A stretch of 64,000 bases of DNA. Origin: a virus. Lineage: Duplodnaviria; Caudoviricetes. Shown piece by piece: positions 9,174 through 18,407 of this stretch. Numbering within the stretch: the first letter of the stretch is position 1; each line of letters starts with the position of its first letter. Position numbers and translations under genes: made by a program. The stretch is from the IMG/VR virus record IMGVR_UViG_3300025121_000013. One strand, written 5' to 3'. The notes under the pieces are model-generated. The model had not been told where the DNA came from. It saw only the letters and a list, made by a program, of their open reading frames with translations, and did no database searches.

Positions 9174-9653
9174 TTAAGGTTTATAATCATAAATAAAAAT
9201 TGGAATATTATTTTTAGAAAAATATTTAATCAATAAAGGTTCAATTTTTTCCCATTTTCCCCCGGCTAATCCACAGCCTATTCTTGGGGCATGAATTGAT
9301 ATATTATTTAACTTTTTATATAAAATAAATTCTGAAATTTCTTTTAAACATTTTTCTAACGCATCATAACGTATTGGTGAAATATTATTTTTTGATCTTA
9401 TGCCATGTTGAGCGATCATATTTATAACTGTGATTTCATCTGATACTTTACAAAATTGACAACTGCCCAAAATAGAATTACCAGCTTTGGATATAACTAA
9501 AAATTTAGCTTGCGGAAAAGACCATTTTTTAGAAATTGCTAAAACAAACCCAGCGCCCCATTTTCCAATATCATTGCAAACATGAATAATATATTTTTTC
9601 CCAGATCCTATGGGATTTGTCGCATCTCCATTTGTATATGTTATATCAATCAT
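9174..9653 (-). CDS. macrodomain (Appr-1-p processing) protein
   Basis: GDAT, HVCNDIGKWGAGF, PRIGCGLAGGKW. Confidence 0.9.
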   Translation of the reverse strand: MIDITYTNGDATNPIGSGKKYIIHVCNDIGKWGAGFVLAISKKWSFPQAKFLVISKAGNSILGSCQFCKVSDEITVINMIAQHGIRSKNNISPIRYDALEKCLKEISEFILYKKLNNISIHAPRIGCGLAGGKWEKIEPLLIKYFSKNNIPIFIYDYKP

Positions 9654-9945
9654 TATATTCCTCTGGATGAAACTTTCTATTTATTTCATCCCATTTTTCT
9701 TCAATATAATTTCTTTCATCCCAAGAAGAATCTATATAAATTATACCAGGTACATTATGACAAGTTGCCCCATGCTCAATAATTTCTTTTTCAAAATCTT
9801 CTTCATTGTTTCCATCATAATCTTCTGAGGTAAAAACTCCAGCAAATGCACCATGCATTATATTTCCTCGTAAAATAACTTGTCGTTCTCCAAAACCTTT
9901 ATCAATAAGATCTTCAATTATTTCTTTCATTTCTAGAAGAGTCAT
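9646..9945 (-). CDS. hypothetical acidic protein
   Basis: 99-aa coupled ORF. Confidence 0.55.
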   Translation of the reverse strand: MTLLEMKEIIEDLIDKGFGERQVILRGNIMHGAFAGVFTSEDYDGNNEEDFEKEIIEHGATCHNVPGIIYIDSSWDERNYIEEKWDEINRKFHPEEYND

Positions 9946-9991
9946 AAAAATTGATTCCTTTCTTTTAATCTTTGAGATTCAAGAAAAATAC

Positions 9992-10294
9992 TCACTTTAT
10001 TTCAGTTTTGATAAATGTTTCATAAATCCAATTTTTAAAATCCATAAGTGAGTTGAACATTTCAACCTCATAACCTTTTTTAATTGCTTCCTCTAAAAAC
10101 TCCTTAAGATCCTCAGATGGTTCAATCCCTAATAATTCAGTTCTTGTTTCCAAAGAAATAAATGAATAAATATTATCATTAGTTTTGATCAAAAATCCAC
10201 TTTCATCGTCTCTTCTAGCTATAAACCATTTTTCATCATCACATTGATCAGCAAAAATAACTTGTTCTTCCCCATAAGTCGGGATGACTTTCAT
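9992..10294 (-). CDS. hypothetical protein
   Basis: 100-aa ORF with SD. Confidence 0.55.
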   Translation of the reverse strand: MKVIPTYGEEQVIFADQCDDEKWFIARRDDESGFLIKTNDNIYSFISLETRTELLGIEPSEDLKEFLEEAIKKGYEVEMFNSLMDFKNWIYETFIKTEIK

Positions 10295-10303
10295 TCTATA
10301 TTC

Positions 10304-10558
10304 CTATTCCTCGAGATTTGGCTCTTCAATAATTCCAGTGAAAAACTTATGCCATTCTTCCGCCCAATCTTTTCGATAAATATTTGGATGAACTGTTCCC
10401 ATTCTTCTTAAAGGATTTAATGCCACTGAACATAAACGAACAGGACATTTAGAACAAATTTCACAGTCATTCAAAATTTTGAAATATTTGCAATTAGGAG
10501 GACAAAGCATTGGAAAAGAAAAACCAGAAACTTTGATTTTACAACGATCTTCACTCAT
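10304..10558 (-). CDS. small Cys-rich protein
   Basis: CPPNCKYF...CEICSKCP. Confidence 0.55.
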   Translation of the reverse strand: MSEDRCKIKVSGFSFPMLCPPNCKYFKILNDCEICSKCPVRLCSVALNPLRRMGTVHPNIYRKDWAEEWHKFFTGIIEEPNLEE

Positions 10559-10610
10559 TTGCTTTTTATCCTTTCTACTCCGTTTTAAAACTATTTTTTA
10601 GTTTTCTTTT

Positions 10611-11342
10611 TTAAGAAAATTGCCAAACAATACTTTTTGAAAAAGGTAATATATAAATATCAAAATATTTTTGTTTGTCAACCTCATTTATATCAATCAA
10701 TTTAAAAGAATTTTCGTTTAGATAAACTTCTCCATATTCTTTAAGGAGAATACTATATTTATCTTCAAATGGAATGCAAAATAATTCTATATCATCGCAT
10801 TCAAATAAATAATTTTTTATTTTTTGTAACCCTTTAAAAATTGAACCCCTTTCAGCAAAATTTAGTTTTATTATTTTTTCATATAGATAATTCATTCTTT
10901 CATATTGATGTGAAACTCCTTTTATTTTAAGTTTGTTTTTTTGACTATCAAAAGATATATACATATTTCTATTTATCGAAATCAAGAATTTATCAAAAAT
11001 ATTTTGTAATTCTAATGGTAAAAATAAATCTATTTTTTCTCTGTTTAATTTTTTTGTTAATAACAAACCATCATATTGTCTTATTACGATTTCTGAATTA
11101 TCAATATTATTTATTCTTATATATTCGTCTATAATTTTTTCTGTCGTATTTCTAAGTAATTTAATAAGTTTAGGATTATCCCTCATTTTTTTACCGATTT
11201 CAATATTTCTTTGTTCTTTATCATTCTCATTTATATTAGATAAATCTGTACATAAATTTTTTAAAATAGAATAATGACAAGATCTTATGTCATAAGAATA
11301 AACATTATTTAAATAATATGAAACCGATTCATTTATTTTCAT
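10611..11342 (-). CDS. possible minimal family-B-like DNA polymerase palm protein
   Basis: YSYDIRSCHYSIL resembles motif A (DxxSLYPSI); IRQYDGLLL resembles motif C. Confidence 0.4.
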   Translation of the reverse strand: MKINESVSYYLNNVYSYDIRSCHYSILKNLCTDLSNINENDKEQRNIEIGKKMRDNPKLIKLLRNTTEKIIDEYIRINNIDNSEIVIRQYDGLLLTKKLNREKIDLFLPLELQNIFDKFLISINRNMYISFDSQKNKLKIKGVSHQYERMNYLYEKIIKLNFAERGSIFKGLQKIKNYLFECDDIELFCIPFEDKYSILLKEYGEVYLNENSFKLIDINEVDKQKYFDIYILPFSKSIVWQFS

Positions 11343-12291
11343 TCAAGACACGTTCTATTTCTAAAGGGGTTACAAAGCTAGTTCCAATTTTTCCAACTAC
11401 AATCCCTCCTGCAATATTTGCAATTTTTATCGCTTGAAAAATTTCACTTTGTTTGGATATCTCTAAACCAAGTGTGGCTAGAACTGTATCCCCAGCCCCG
11501 CATACATCAAAAACTTGTCTTGGCCTTTTTGCTGGAAACTGTTTTTCATAAGTTTTTCCATATAATGACATACCATTTTTTCCTCTGGTTATTATTACAT
11601 TTTGAACATCTGCTTCATTTAAAATATATTTTCCCATCTCTGATAATTTTTCTTTTTTAGAAAACTCTTTTGCTTCTTTTAAATTTGGTGTAATTGCATA
11701 AACTTTTCCATATTTCTTATAATCAGTTCCTTTTGGATCAACCAAAATATAAGAGTCTTTAAACTTATTAGAAAGATAATTTATAATTGAACTTTCAACA
11801 ACTCCTTTTAAATAATCAGAAATTAATATGACATGAATTTCTACATTTATTTTTTCAATAATATCTTTAAAATTTTTTATTTGACTATCAGACACTATAG
11901 TTTTTATTTCTTCATCAATTCTTAAAAGTTGTTGTCTATTTGACATAATTCTAACTTTAGTCGTTGTTTTTCTTTCTTTAGTTCTTAAAACTCCATCTGT
12001 ATTAATATTATTTCTTTCACAAATCTCTAAAATTTTTCTTGATGATTTATCATCTCCAATAATACTACATAAAAAAGCATTTCCACCCAATGAAGAAATA
12101 TTATTTGCAACATTTCCACACCCACCAAGATTATAAGATTTGTCAACCACTTCGACAATTGGAACTGGAGCTTCTGGGGAAATTCTTTCAACATTTCCCC
12201 AAATATAATAATCTAACATTAAGTCTCCAAAAATTAAAACATTTTTTCCTCTGTAATCAATTTTTTTATAATCATCTTTTTTTTCTTTCAT
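11329..12291 (-). CDS. hldE: D-glycero-D-manno-heptose-7-phosphate kinase (HldE/RfaE domain I, PfkB family)
   Basis: GDLMLDYYIWGNVERISPEAPVP, LGGCGNVANN, SDYLKG, DVCGAGDTV. Confidence 0.9.
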   Translation of the reverse strand: MKEKKDDYKKIDYRGKNVLIFGDLMLDYYIWGNVERISPEAPVPIVEVVDKSYNLGGCGNVANNISSLGGNAFLCSIIGDDKSSRKILEICERNNINTDGVLRTKERKTTTKVRIMSNRQQLLRIDEEIKTIVSDSQIKNFKDIIEKINVEIHVILISDYLKGVVESSIINYLSNKFKDSYILVDPKGTDYKKYGKVYAITPNLKEAKEFSKKEKLSEMGKYILNEADVQNVIITRGKNGMSLYGKTYEKQFPAKRPRQVFDVCGAGDTVLATLGLEISKQSEIFQAIKIANIAGGIVVGKIGTSFVTPLEIERVLNENK

Positions 12292-12312
12292 TATTTTTCT
12301 CCCTTCAATTCT

Positions 12313-12350
12313 AGGGGGTTGGGAGAAATTTAGTTTTCTCCCAACCCCCT
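12313..12350. terminator. perfect 16-bp inverted repeat (terminator or 3' stabiliser hairpin)
   Basis: AGGGGGTTGGGAGAAA-6 nt-TTTCTCCCAACCCCCT, intergenic. Confidence 0.7.
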
Positions 12351-12384
12351 TTTATCGTTTACGGGTTTAGTTGTTCATATTCGC

Positions 12385-13155
12385 TTAACTTTTTTCAACA
12401 TTAAAAAACAAATTTAACAAAACTTCATCAATCTGAATATAATGATTAACGTCAAAAATATTTGTAAGTCTTTCATTAAACCATTTAACCACTTCACCCA
12501 AAGTTTTAAATTCAATATTTGTTTTTGAAATCTGGGGGTAAAGTAAAACGATATCTTCCATATTTACAGGTTTATTCATTTGAGATTGAATCGCTTCAAT
12601 ATTCTCGATTGGAATAGAAATTGAAGCTTTGCCGATATCTTTTCTTTTGATTTTATTTCCAATGGGAAACGGTACACACCCATCTTCAGTGATGCCACAT
12701 AAACGATAAAAAAGGCCAGTTTTTGTTCCATACGTTTTAATAAAAAGTTTTTCATTTATTCCATAAAGAATAAAAAATCCATTATTAAAAATTTTCATTC
12801 CAACAGGAGGTAGGGACAAAACCGGTGTGGTATTTGCCCTAGTAATAACCTTAATCAATTTCTTTGGATTTCCTTTGAATTCCCCACCTTTTGGATCAAG
12901 GTATGAACACACCATAGTTTCCATAGGGTCAATGCCCCTAATGTCAATTTGAGAATGATTAATATTTGGAAGTTGTTTACTATATTTTAAAAACCAAGAT
13001 GAAAAATCTATAATTGGCGCAGAAAAATTATTTGTCGTTTGACTAATTTCTTTTTTTTCTTCGACAGGATTTTTTTCTGTCTGTTCAATTGATTCTTTAG
13101 ATTGATTTACCATATTGTCTGGATTCTCATTCTTCACAAGATCTGCTAAATTCAT
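12385..13155 (-). CDS. hypothetical protein
   Basis: 256-aa ORF. Confidence 0.7.
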   Translation of the reverse strand: MNLADLVKNENPDNMVNQSKESIEQTEKNPVEEKKEISQTTNNFSAPIIDFSSWFLKYSKQLPNINHSQIDIRGIDPMETMVCSYLDPKGGEFKGNPKKLIKVITRANTTPVLSLPPVGMKIFNNGFFILYGINEKLFIKTYGTKTGLFYRLCGITEDGCVPFPIGNKIKRKDIGKASISIPIENIEAIQSQMNKPVNMEDIVLLYPQISKTNIEFKTLGEVVKWFNERLTNIFDVNHYIQIDEVLLNLFFNVEKS

Positions 13156-13409
13156 TTTTTCTCTCTCCGTTTTTTATTGTTGTCTCTCAGTGAAAAGTAT
13201 TCAGATAATGATAAAATATTATCGTCTTTTTCTGTGCTCAATACTCTTTTAACAAATGTGAAATCTTCAATTTCCTTTGAAACATCTCTCCTATAAAATT
13301 TTGGATAACCTAGTCCTAATTCTAAAAATGAACACAATTCAGAATCAGGTGGAATTTTTATCATAATATTTAATTTGGTGTCTTTATATACATGAAATAT
13401 ATTAGACAT
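13152..13409 (-). CDS. hypothetical protein
   Basis: 85-aa coupled ORF. Confidence 0.5.
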   Translation of the reverse strand: MSNIFHVYKDTKLNIMIKIPPDSELCSFLELGLGYPKFYRRDVSKEIEDFTFVKRVLSTEKDDNILSLSEYFSLRDNNKKRREKK

Positions 13410-14073
13410 TTTTTATATCTTCAATAACAATATTTTTAAATCCTGGCCAATTTAATTTTCCTGCTAAAGTTAAACAAGAATCATAATATTCACAATCTTT
13501 TTCATATTGATTTTTTCCAGATTTTAAAAAGTTAGAACAACGATCTTCGACTTTTCCTGAAATCAAAATACACTTCCCATTTTTAATTTGTTGTTTTTCA
13601 AAATAAGGATTTTCTTTAATAGCTTTTACACATTTAAAACAAATGTTATATTTTTCTAAAATTTCCACTTGAGACTTTTGATAAATTGGAGATGAAACCA
13701 TTCTAGATTCTTGACAATTAGAACATTTCAAAGAAAAAGGTTTTAAATTATTATCACTTCTTGTTTTGATTCCTGTTGAATTCTCAATCCTTCTACAAGA
13801 AATACAAATAATTTCTCCCTTAATATATCTTTCTTTTTTAATATTAAATTCATTTAATGAGACTCCTCTTTTTATATTACATTTTGGACATTTAATAATT
13901 TTAATTTCTTTTTCATTAACTACAAAAACTGATCCCTCTTCAACAGTTTCATAACAACGTTTACAAATTAAAAAATTCATATTTCGGCTTGGCCAAAATT
14001 TATCTCCTTTGACTTGAAATCTTTTATTGCAGCAAGGGCAAAAAACAGAAAAAATCCGAAATGGATCGGGCAT
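13402..14073 (-). CDS. multi-CxxC zinc-ribbon protein
   Basis: At least six CxxC pairs (CPCC, CKRC, CPKC, CISC, CSNC, CFKC). Confidence 0.65.
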   Translation of the reverse strand: MPDPFRIFSVFCPCCNKRFQVKGDKFWPSRNMNFLICKRCYETVEEGSVFVVNEKEIKIIKCPKCNIKRGVSLNEFNIKKERYIKGEIICISCRRIENSTGIKTRSDNNLKPFSLKCSNCQESRMVSSPIYQKSQVEILEKYNICFKCVKAIKENPYFEKQQIKNGKCILISGKVEDRCSNFLKSGKNQYEKDCEYYDSCLTLAGKLNWPGFKNIVIEDIKNV

Positions 14074-14089
14074 CCAAAGATCTTTCTTT

Positions 14090-14722
14090 TTAGATTTTTT
14101 CTAAAAGGTTCTTTTTTAGATTCTTATTATTCATCCAATGCTCATCAGTTTGAACATGATGTTTCCTAACATATTTAACAACTGATTTATTAAAATCTTC
14201 AAATTTAAAAGAGTCAAATAATCTTATGACATACCCTTCAGTTTTTTCAAAATTTAAATCATTTTGAACATGTAATATTTCTTCTTCATCCCATAAAAAT
14301 ATTTTAAAAATTGGAACAAAAGTTAAACCAAAATAACTACATAGTCTTTTTGTATCATCCAAACTTAAACATATATTATTTTCCCAAATCGAAAACACTA
14401 AAAAGAAATCTTTTAAGTTATCATATTTTATACTTTTTTGATAATGAAGATTCTCACCACATATTCTTATATTTTCTGGAATTAAAGATTTAATATTTCC
14501 ATGAATTCTATTTACATAATGTCTTGAAAAATGTCCAGAAAATGAATCTAAACTTCTGTGCCAAATTTTCTCTCTAGTCATGGATGTATTTTCACCATCC
14601 ATTTTTTCAGTCATCACTACAATTTTGTTTTTAAAATTTTCTAAATCAAAAAGAGTCCTATCATCTTTTGTTTTCCCGGGACTCCATGGAAGATGAAATG
14701 TTTTTGGATATTTTTCTAACAC
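14090..14722 (-). CDS. RNA ligase family protein (ATP-grasp nucleotidyltransferase)
   Basis: KYPKTFHLPWSPG, TEKMDGEN (adenylated Lys), CGEN, EGYVIR, KYVR. Confidence 0.85.
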   Translation of the reverse strand: MLEKYPKTFHLPWSPGKTKDDRTLFDLENFKNKIVVMTEKMDGENTSMTREKIWHRSLDSFSGHFSRHYVNRIHGNIKSLIPENIRICGENLHYQKSIKYDNLKDFFLVFSIWENNICLSLDDTKRLCSYFGLTFVPIFKIFLWDEEEILHVQNDLNFEKTEGYVIRLFDSFKFEDFNKSVVKYVRKHHVQTDEHWMNNKNLKKNLLEKI

Positions 14723-15828
14723 TATTCCCTCTCTTGAATTGTCCTTTCAAAAGTTCTTTTTCTAATTGCAATTCCTGGTTGAAATGGCTTTGGTTGAAAA
14801 AGAACTAATCTTTCCCAATCAGTCCTCTTTCCTTTTTCTCGATAACCTTCTTCCCATTTAACATTTTTCAACCAGGATGGAAATTTTCCCTCTCCATATT
14901 TATAGAATGCAAATTCTGTAAGTCTTGTATTAAATCTAAGCAATGGAAGGGCTGTATACAAATAATAATTTCTTTTATCAATTAGATCAAGCATAATTTC
15001 TTTCGTTATATCATATTTCTTAAAATCTCCTGAAAAATCTATATCAATATCGCATTCAAAACACTGAACTTTATTTGATACTAAATCTGAGGTATCTTTT
15101 TTAGGCGATGGAGTAAAATCTTTATCAGAGGAAGTTAAAGGAATTTTTTTCTTCATCTCTTTAATCTGTTCAAAAATATTTTGACATTCTTCTGTGAGTC
15201 TCTTCTCTAAAATTTTTGTAATGAAATAATATTGACCATAAAAACTAATCCATCTATTTGGGTGAACAAAGTTTTTAAAGATAATTTTGTTCTCTGTCAA
15301 AATTTGGGTTTCTTGAAGAAATTTATTTTCATCATTATTTGGCAGAAATTGAATTTCATGCCACCCATCATAAAATTCTCCAGAAGGATCTGTGATGTTG
15401 AAATTTCTGGGAAACCCGACTTTATCAGTTGTCATGACATTCATATCAATGACTCTAACTGAAAATGCAAATGTTTCTTTATTTGACATAACGCCAACTA
15501 ATTTTCCATGTCGATTTTTCGAAGAAACAATCATTTGTTCTTCGTTAATGGTTTTAGCGGTTCTACTTTTATAAACTGGAAGATTGATAATTGCGGAACG
15601 TCCTGATAGAGAATAAAGAAATGTCGCCAAATCTAAATCAGTACTTTGAAAAGTATTTCCGTCATTATAGGCTGGAGAAGGTTTTCGATTCATTAAATCG
15701 TATTTCCAAAAATTTAATACCTCTGGAATTAAATCCATAACATCTTTTTCTCTATTAATAATGTCAAGAACCATTGGGTTTTCAAGGATAGAAAGAAGCG
15801 CCATTGAAACTTTCTTTTTCTCGGTCAT
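14722..15828 (-). CDS. hypothetical protein
   Basis: 368-aa ORF with SD. Confidence 0.7.
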   Translation of the reverse strand: MTEKKKVSMALLSILENPMVLDIINREKDVMDLIPEVLNFWKYDLMNRKPSPAYNDGNTFQSTDLDLATFLYSLSGRSAIINLPVYKSRTAKTINEEQMIVSSKNRHGKLVGVMSNKETFAFSVRVIDMNVMTTDKVGFPRNFNITDPSGEFYDGWHEIQFLPNNDENKFLQETQILTENKIIFKNFVHPNRWISFYGQYYFITKILEKRLTEECQNIFEQIKEMKKKIPLTSSDKDFTPSPKKDTSDLVSNKVQCFECDIDIDFSGDFKKYDITKEIMLDLIDKRNYYLYTALPLLRFNTRLTEFAFYKYGEGKFPSWLKNVKWEEGYREKGKRTDWERLVLFQPKPFQPGIAIRKRTFERTIQERE

Positions 15829-15898
15829 CTTTTTTCCTTTTTCAAAGATCTTTTATGTTCTAAAGAAGAGGGAAACCTAAATTCATATAGATGTTGGA

Positions 15899-16310
15899 TT
15901 AAATATACAAACTATTTAATAGTATTTCTTCTTTTAATTTTATAGAGTTTTGATTATAAATTTCTGGAGAACGAGTTTTTAATCTTTCCATTAAAATTGA
16001 AATTTCTTCTTGAGTTATATTTTTATTAACAAACAATTTTAAATTTAATCCATTTTCTAAAATCTTTTTTCTATCAAAATTTATATTGAACTTTTCTCCT
16101 TCCAAAATTATATCCTGCATATATGTTGATAAAGTTTTTAGAGGAAACTCCGTAGTTAAGAAGGATTTAACACAAGGATGATTTTTACAACAATGTCCTT
16201 CACCATTTATTAATTTTTTTTAAAATTCCCTGGACTACAATTGAGTCATACCACAAACCTTGCAAACCTTTTTTATCTAGATATGATGGGTGAAAAGTCC
16301 ATAATCTCAA
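15899..16310 (-). pseudogene. pyrimidine-dimer DNA glycosylase (Pyr_excise/endonuclease V-like), frameshifted at an A8 run
   Basis: TTG start at 16310 gives LRLWTFHPSYLDKKGLQGLWYDSIVVQGILKK; removing one A at 16214-16221 joins it to ...CKNHPCVKSF...TYMQDI...FDRKKI...LKTRSPE (about 136 aa). Confidence 0.75.
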
Positions 16311-16702
16311 AAGAATAAATATGAATATTTAAAGATCAAATACATGAGAAATAAATGGATTGTGTTATCTGCAATTGTTTGAACCAAAGAAACAAATGAT
16401 ATGTTTATTTCAGTATGATATTTTTCTAAATTTAAAGGATTATCTTTAATGGTTTTCCATGATCGACTTTTAATTTTTGAAAGATACCACTCAATAAAAT
16501 TCGTCCCATCTAAAATTGCATGAGAAATAAAAATTAAAAATAGAAATATAAGTCCATTATGAGATTTATAATATGGACTTACAAAAATTAAAACTGATAT
16601 AGAATATATCCAACAATGTAAAAGTAAATATTCTATCTTTTTCTTTTTAAAAAAAGCCATCTTATTTGTTTGAAAAAGATAATCTCCGAATAAATGCCCC
16701 AT
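16307..16702 (-). CDS. DUF3307-like membrane protein
   Basis: GHLFGDYLFQT, LLHCWIY, SHAILDG, DNTIHL. Confidence 0.8.
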   Translation of the reverse strand: MGHLFGDYLFQTNKMAFFKKKKIEYLLLHCWIYSISVLIFVSPYYKSHNGLIFLFLIFISHAILDGTNFIEWYLSKIKSRSWKTIKDNPLNLEKYHTEINISFVSLVQTIADNTIHLFLMYLIFKYSYLFF

Positions 16703-16728
16703 GATTAAAAGGAAGAAAAATTCTCCAT

Positions 16729-17058
16729 CTAACTTCGTTTCTTTTTCCTAATTTCATATCCGTGTTGATCAGCAAGTTGTTTTAAAATTTTAATTTTATT
16801 ATTTGATGGGGTATAATATAAATTTGCAATTGTTTGCCCCATGTTTCCACCAATAGAAATTATCTGTGTTACATCAGCATGTTCAGAAGATATCGCTGAA
16901 GCCGCATTTATAAAAATTCCAGAAGGAATGTCAACAATTTTTTCTTTCAAAACTGATAATTTTAAAACTGCATGATATACCTTTTCTCCAAAATCTTTAT
17001 CTTCTTTTATTTCATTCAAAGCATCATTTAAAACTAAGATACAAGAATTATAACCCAT
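16729..17058 (-). CDS. hypothetical protein
   Basis: 109-aa ORF with SD. Confidence 0.6.
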   Translation of the reverse strand: MGYNSCILVLNDALNEIKEDKDFGEKVYHAVLKLSVLKEKIVDIPSGIFINAASAISSEHADVTQIISIGGNMGQTIANLYYTPSNNKIKILKQLADQHGYEIRKKKRS

Positions 17059-17132
17059 CTTTTATATTATCCCCTTTCAAATCACGACATTCTAAAAGAG
17101 TTTTTATCCTTTTTAAATTTGATATAATAATT

Positions 17133-17369
17133 TTATTTTTCAATTATTTCTTCCTTCTCTTTATGAAATACACACCTAAATGTATCTTGAATATAAATTT
17201 TTTCTAAAGAAATTAAACTATAATTTTCTATCTGTAGAAGTTTTAAAAGTAATTCACAATGTCCATCAGATCTTGGGCCTTCATCTTTTTCAGTATTCAT
17301 ATTTATGTATCTACCTCTTTTAAATATAGAACATGTTTTACATTGCTTTTCATCCATTAAATTCTCCAC
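17133..17369 (-). CDS. small Cys-rich protein
   Basis: CKTCSIF..DGHC..RCVFH, similar to 7409-7630. Confidence 0.5.
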   Translation of the reverse strand: MENLMDEKQCKTCSIFKRGRYINMNTEKDEGPRSDGHCELLLKLLQIENYSLISLEKIYIQDTFRCVFHKEKEEIIEK

Positions 17370-17613
17370 TTAAAAATAACTCAAGCACTTCTTCAAAAGG
17401 TATATTTTTATTTATTAATAATTTTTCAGCCTTCTGAACACATTCTTCAATTGTGTCTCCCTTAAAAAATATTTTTGGACATGATGATTTTCCAATACCC
17501 AATGTCCATTCGCTTCCAGTATATTCTATTTCTTTCAAATTTTTTTGTAAGATCGTTCCAGGAACTCCTCCAACAATTTTTTCTAAATTTATGATCCTTT
17601 CTTCAAGATTCAT
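17350..17613 (-). CDS. hypothetical protein
   Basis: 87-aa ORF. Confidence 0.5.
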   Translation of the reverse strand: MNLEERIINLEKIVGGVPGTILQKNLKEIEYTGSEWTLGIGKSSCPKIFFKGDTIEECVQKAEKLLINKNIPFEEVLELFLSGEFNG

Positions 17614-17622
17614 CTTCTTCTC

Positions 17623-18069
17623 CTAAGGTTCAAAGTTATCATATTTATATCTATATTCTTCATCCCACCATCCATTTTTAATCATATAATCTGCACTTTC
17701 TTTATATTTTTCTTTCCAATTTAATCTAATAAAAATAACATCATTGATATTTAATTTTCCTCTGGAACATTGATCGACACTTCCTATGTGTTTGACCCCA
17801 TCTATCAAAGATATTCCACAAATAACAAAACCGTCTGTTTCAGTACAAATAGTTGGGTGGCTATTACAAGCTAAATAAATCATTCCTGGAAAAATAATAT
17901 TTTTTCTATTTCTATACCCAGACAAATAACAAAGTATATTTGTAAGAAAAACAATCAGATAATGAAAGAAATAGAATAAATTCGGATGTTTAAAATAAAG
18001 ATTATTAACCTTATAATTAAGCCAATCTGATTGAATATGAAATATAAAAAATTTCAAAATCCTTTTCAT
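17623..18069 (-). CDS. hypothetical protein
   Basis: 148-aa coupled ORF. Confidence 0.5.
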   Translation of the reverse strand: MKRILKFFIFHIQSDWLNYKVNNLYFKHPNLFYFFHYLIVFLTNILCYLSGYRNRKNIIFPGMIYLACNSHPTICTETDGFVICGISLIDGVKHIGSVDQCSRGKLNINDVIFIRLNWKEKYKESADYMIKNGWWDEEYRYKYDNFEP

Positions 18070-18407
18070 CCATTCTCTCCCTCAAACTTTTTCTTTAAAT
18101 TTAAATATAATTCATATTGAACTTTTTTAACCCTATCTTCACTTTCTTTTGTTCTTTTTTCAAATTCAGCTTCACGTTTTTTTCTACGTTCAAATTCCAG
18201 ATCCGTTTCTAAACTTTTAAATGTTATTCGATAGTTTCGTTCTTTTTCAGGATCATCATCTGTTTCTAAAAGATAATCAATTCCAAATCTATCAATTAAA
18301 TTATTGACATATGCTAATAAATTTTTTAATGATAAAACTCTATATTCTTCTTCAAAATCTTCCATTGAAACATCAACTCTTCTTTCTACCATCAATCTTT
18401 CAGACAT
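18066..18407 (-). CDS. phage paralog family protein (ETDxEF coiled-coil)
   Basis: LETDLEFERR...LYLNLKKKFE. Confidence 0.65.
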   Translation of the reverse strand: MSERLMVERRVDVSMEDFEEEYRVLSLKNLLAYVNNLIDRFGIDYLLETDDDPEKERNYRITFKSLETDLEFERRKKREAEFEKRTKESEDRVKKVQYELYLNLKKKFEGENG

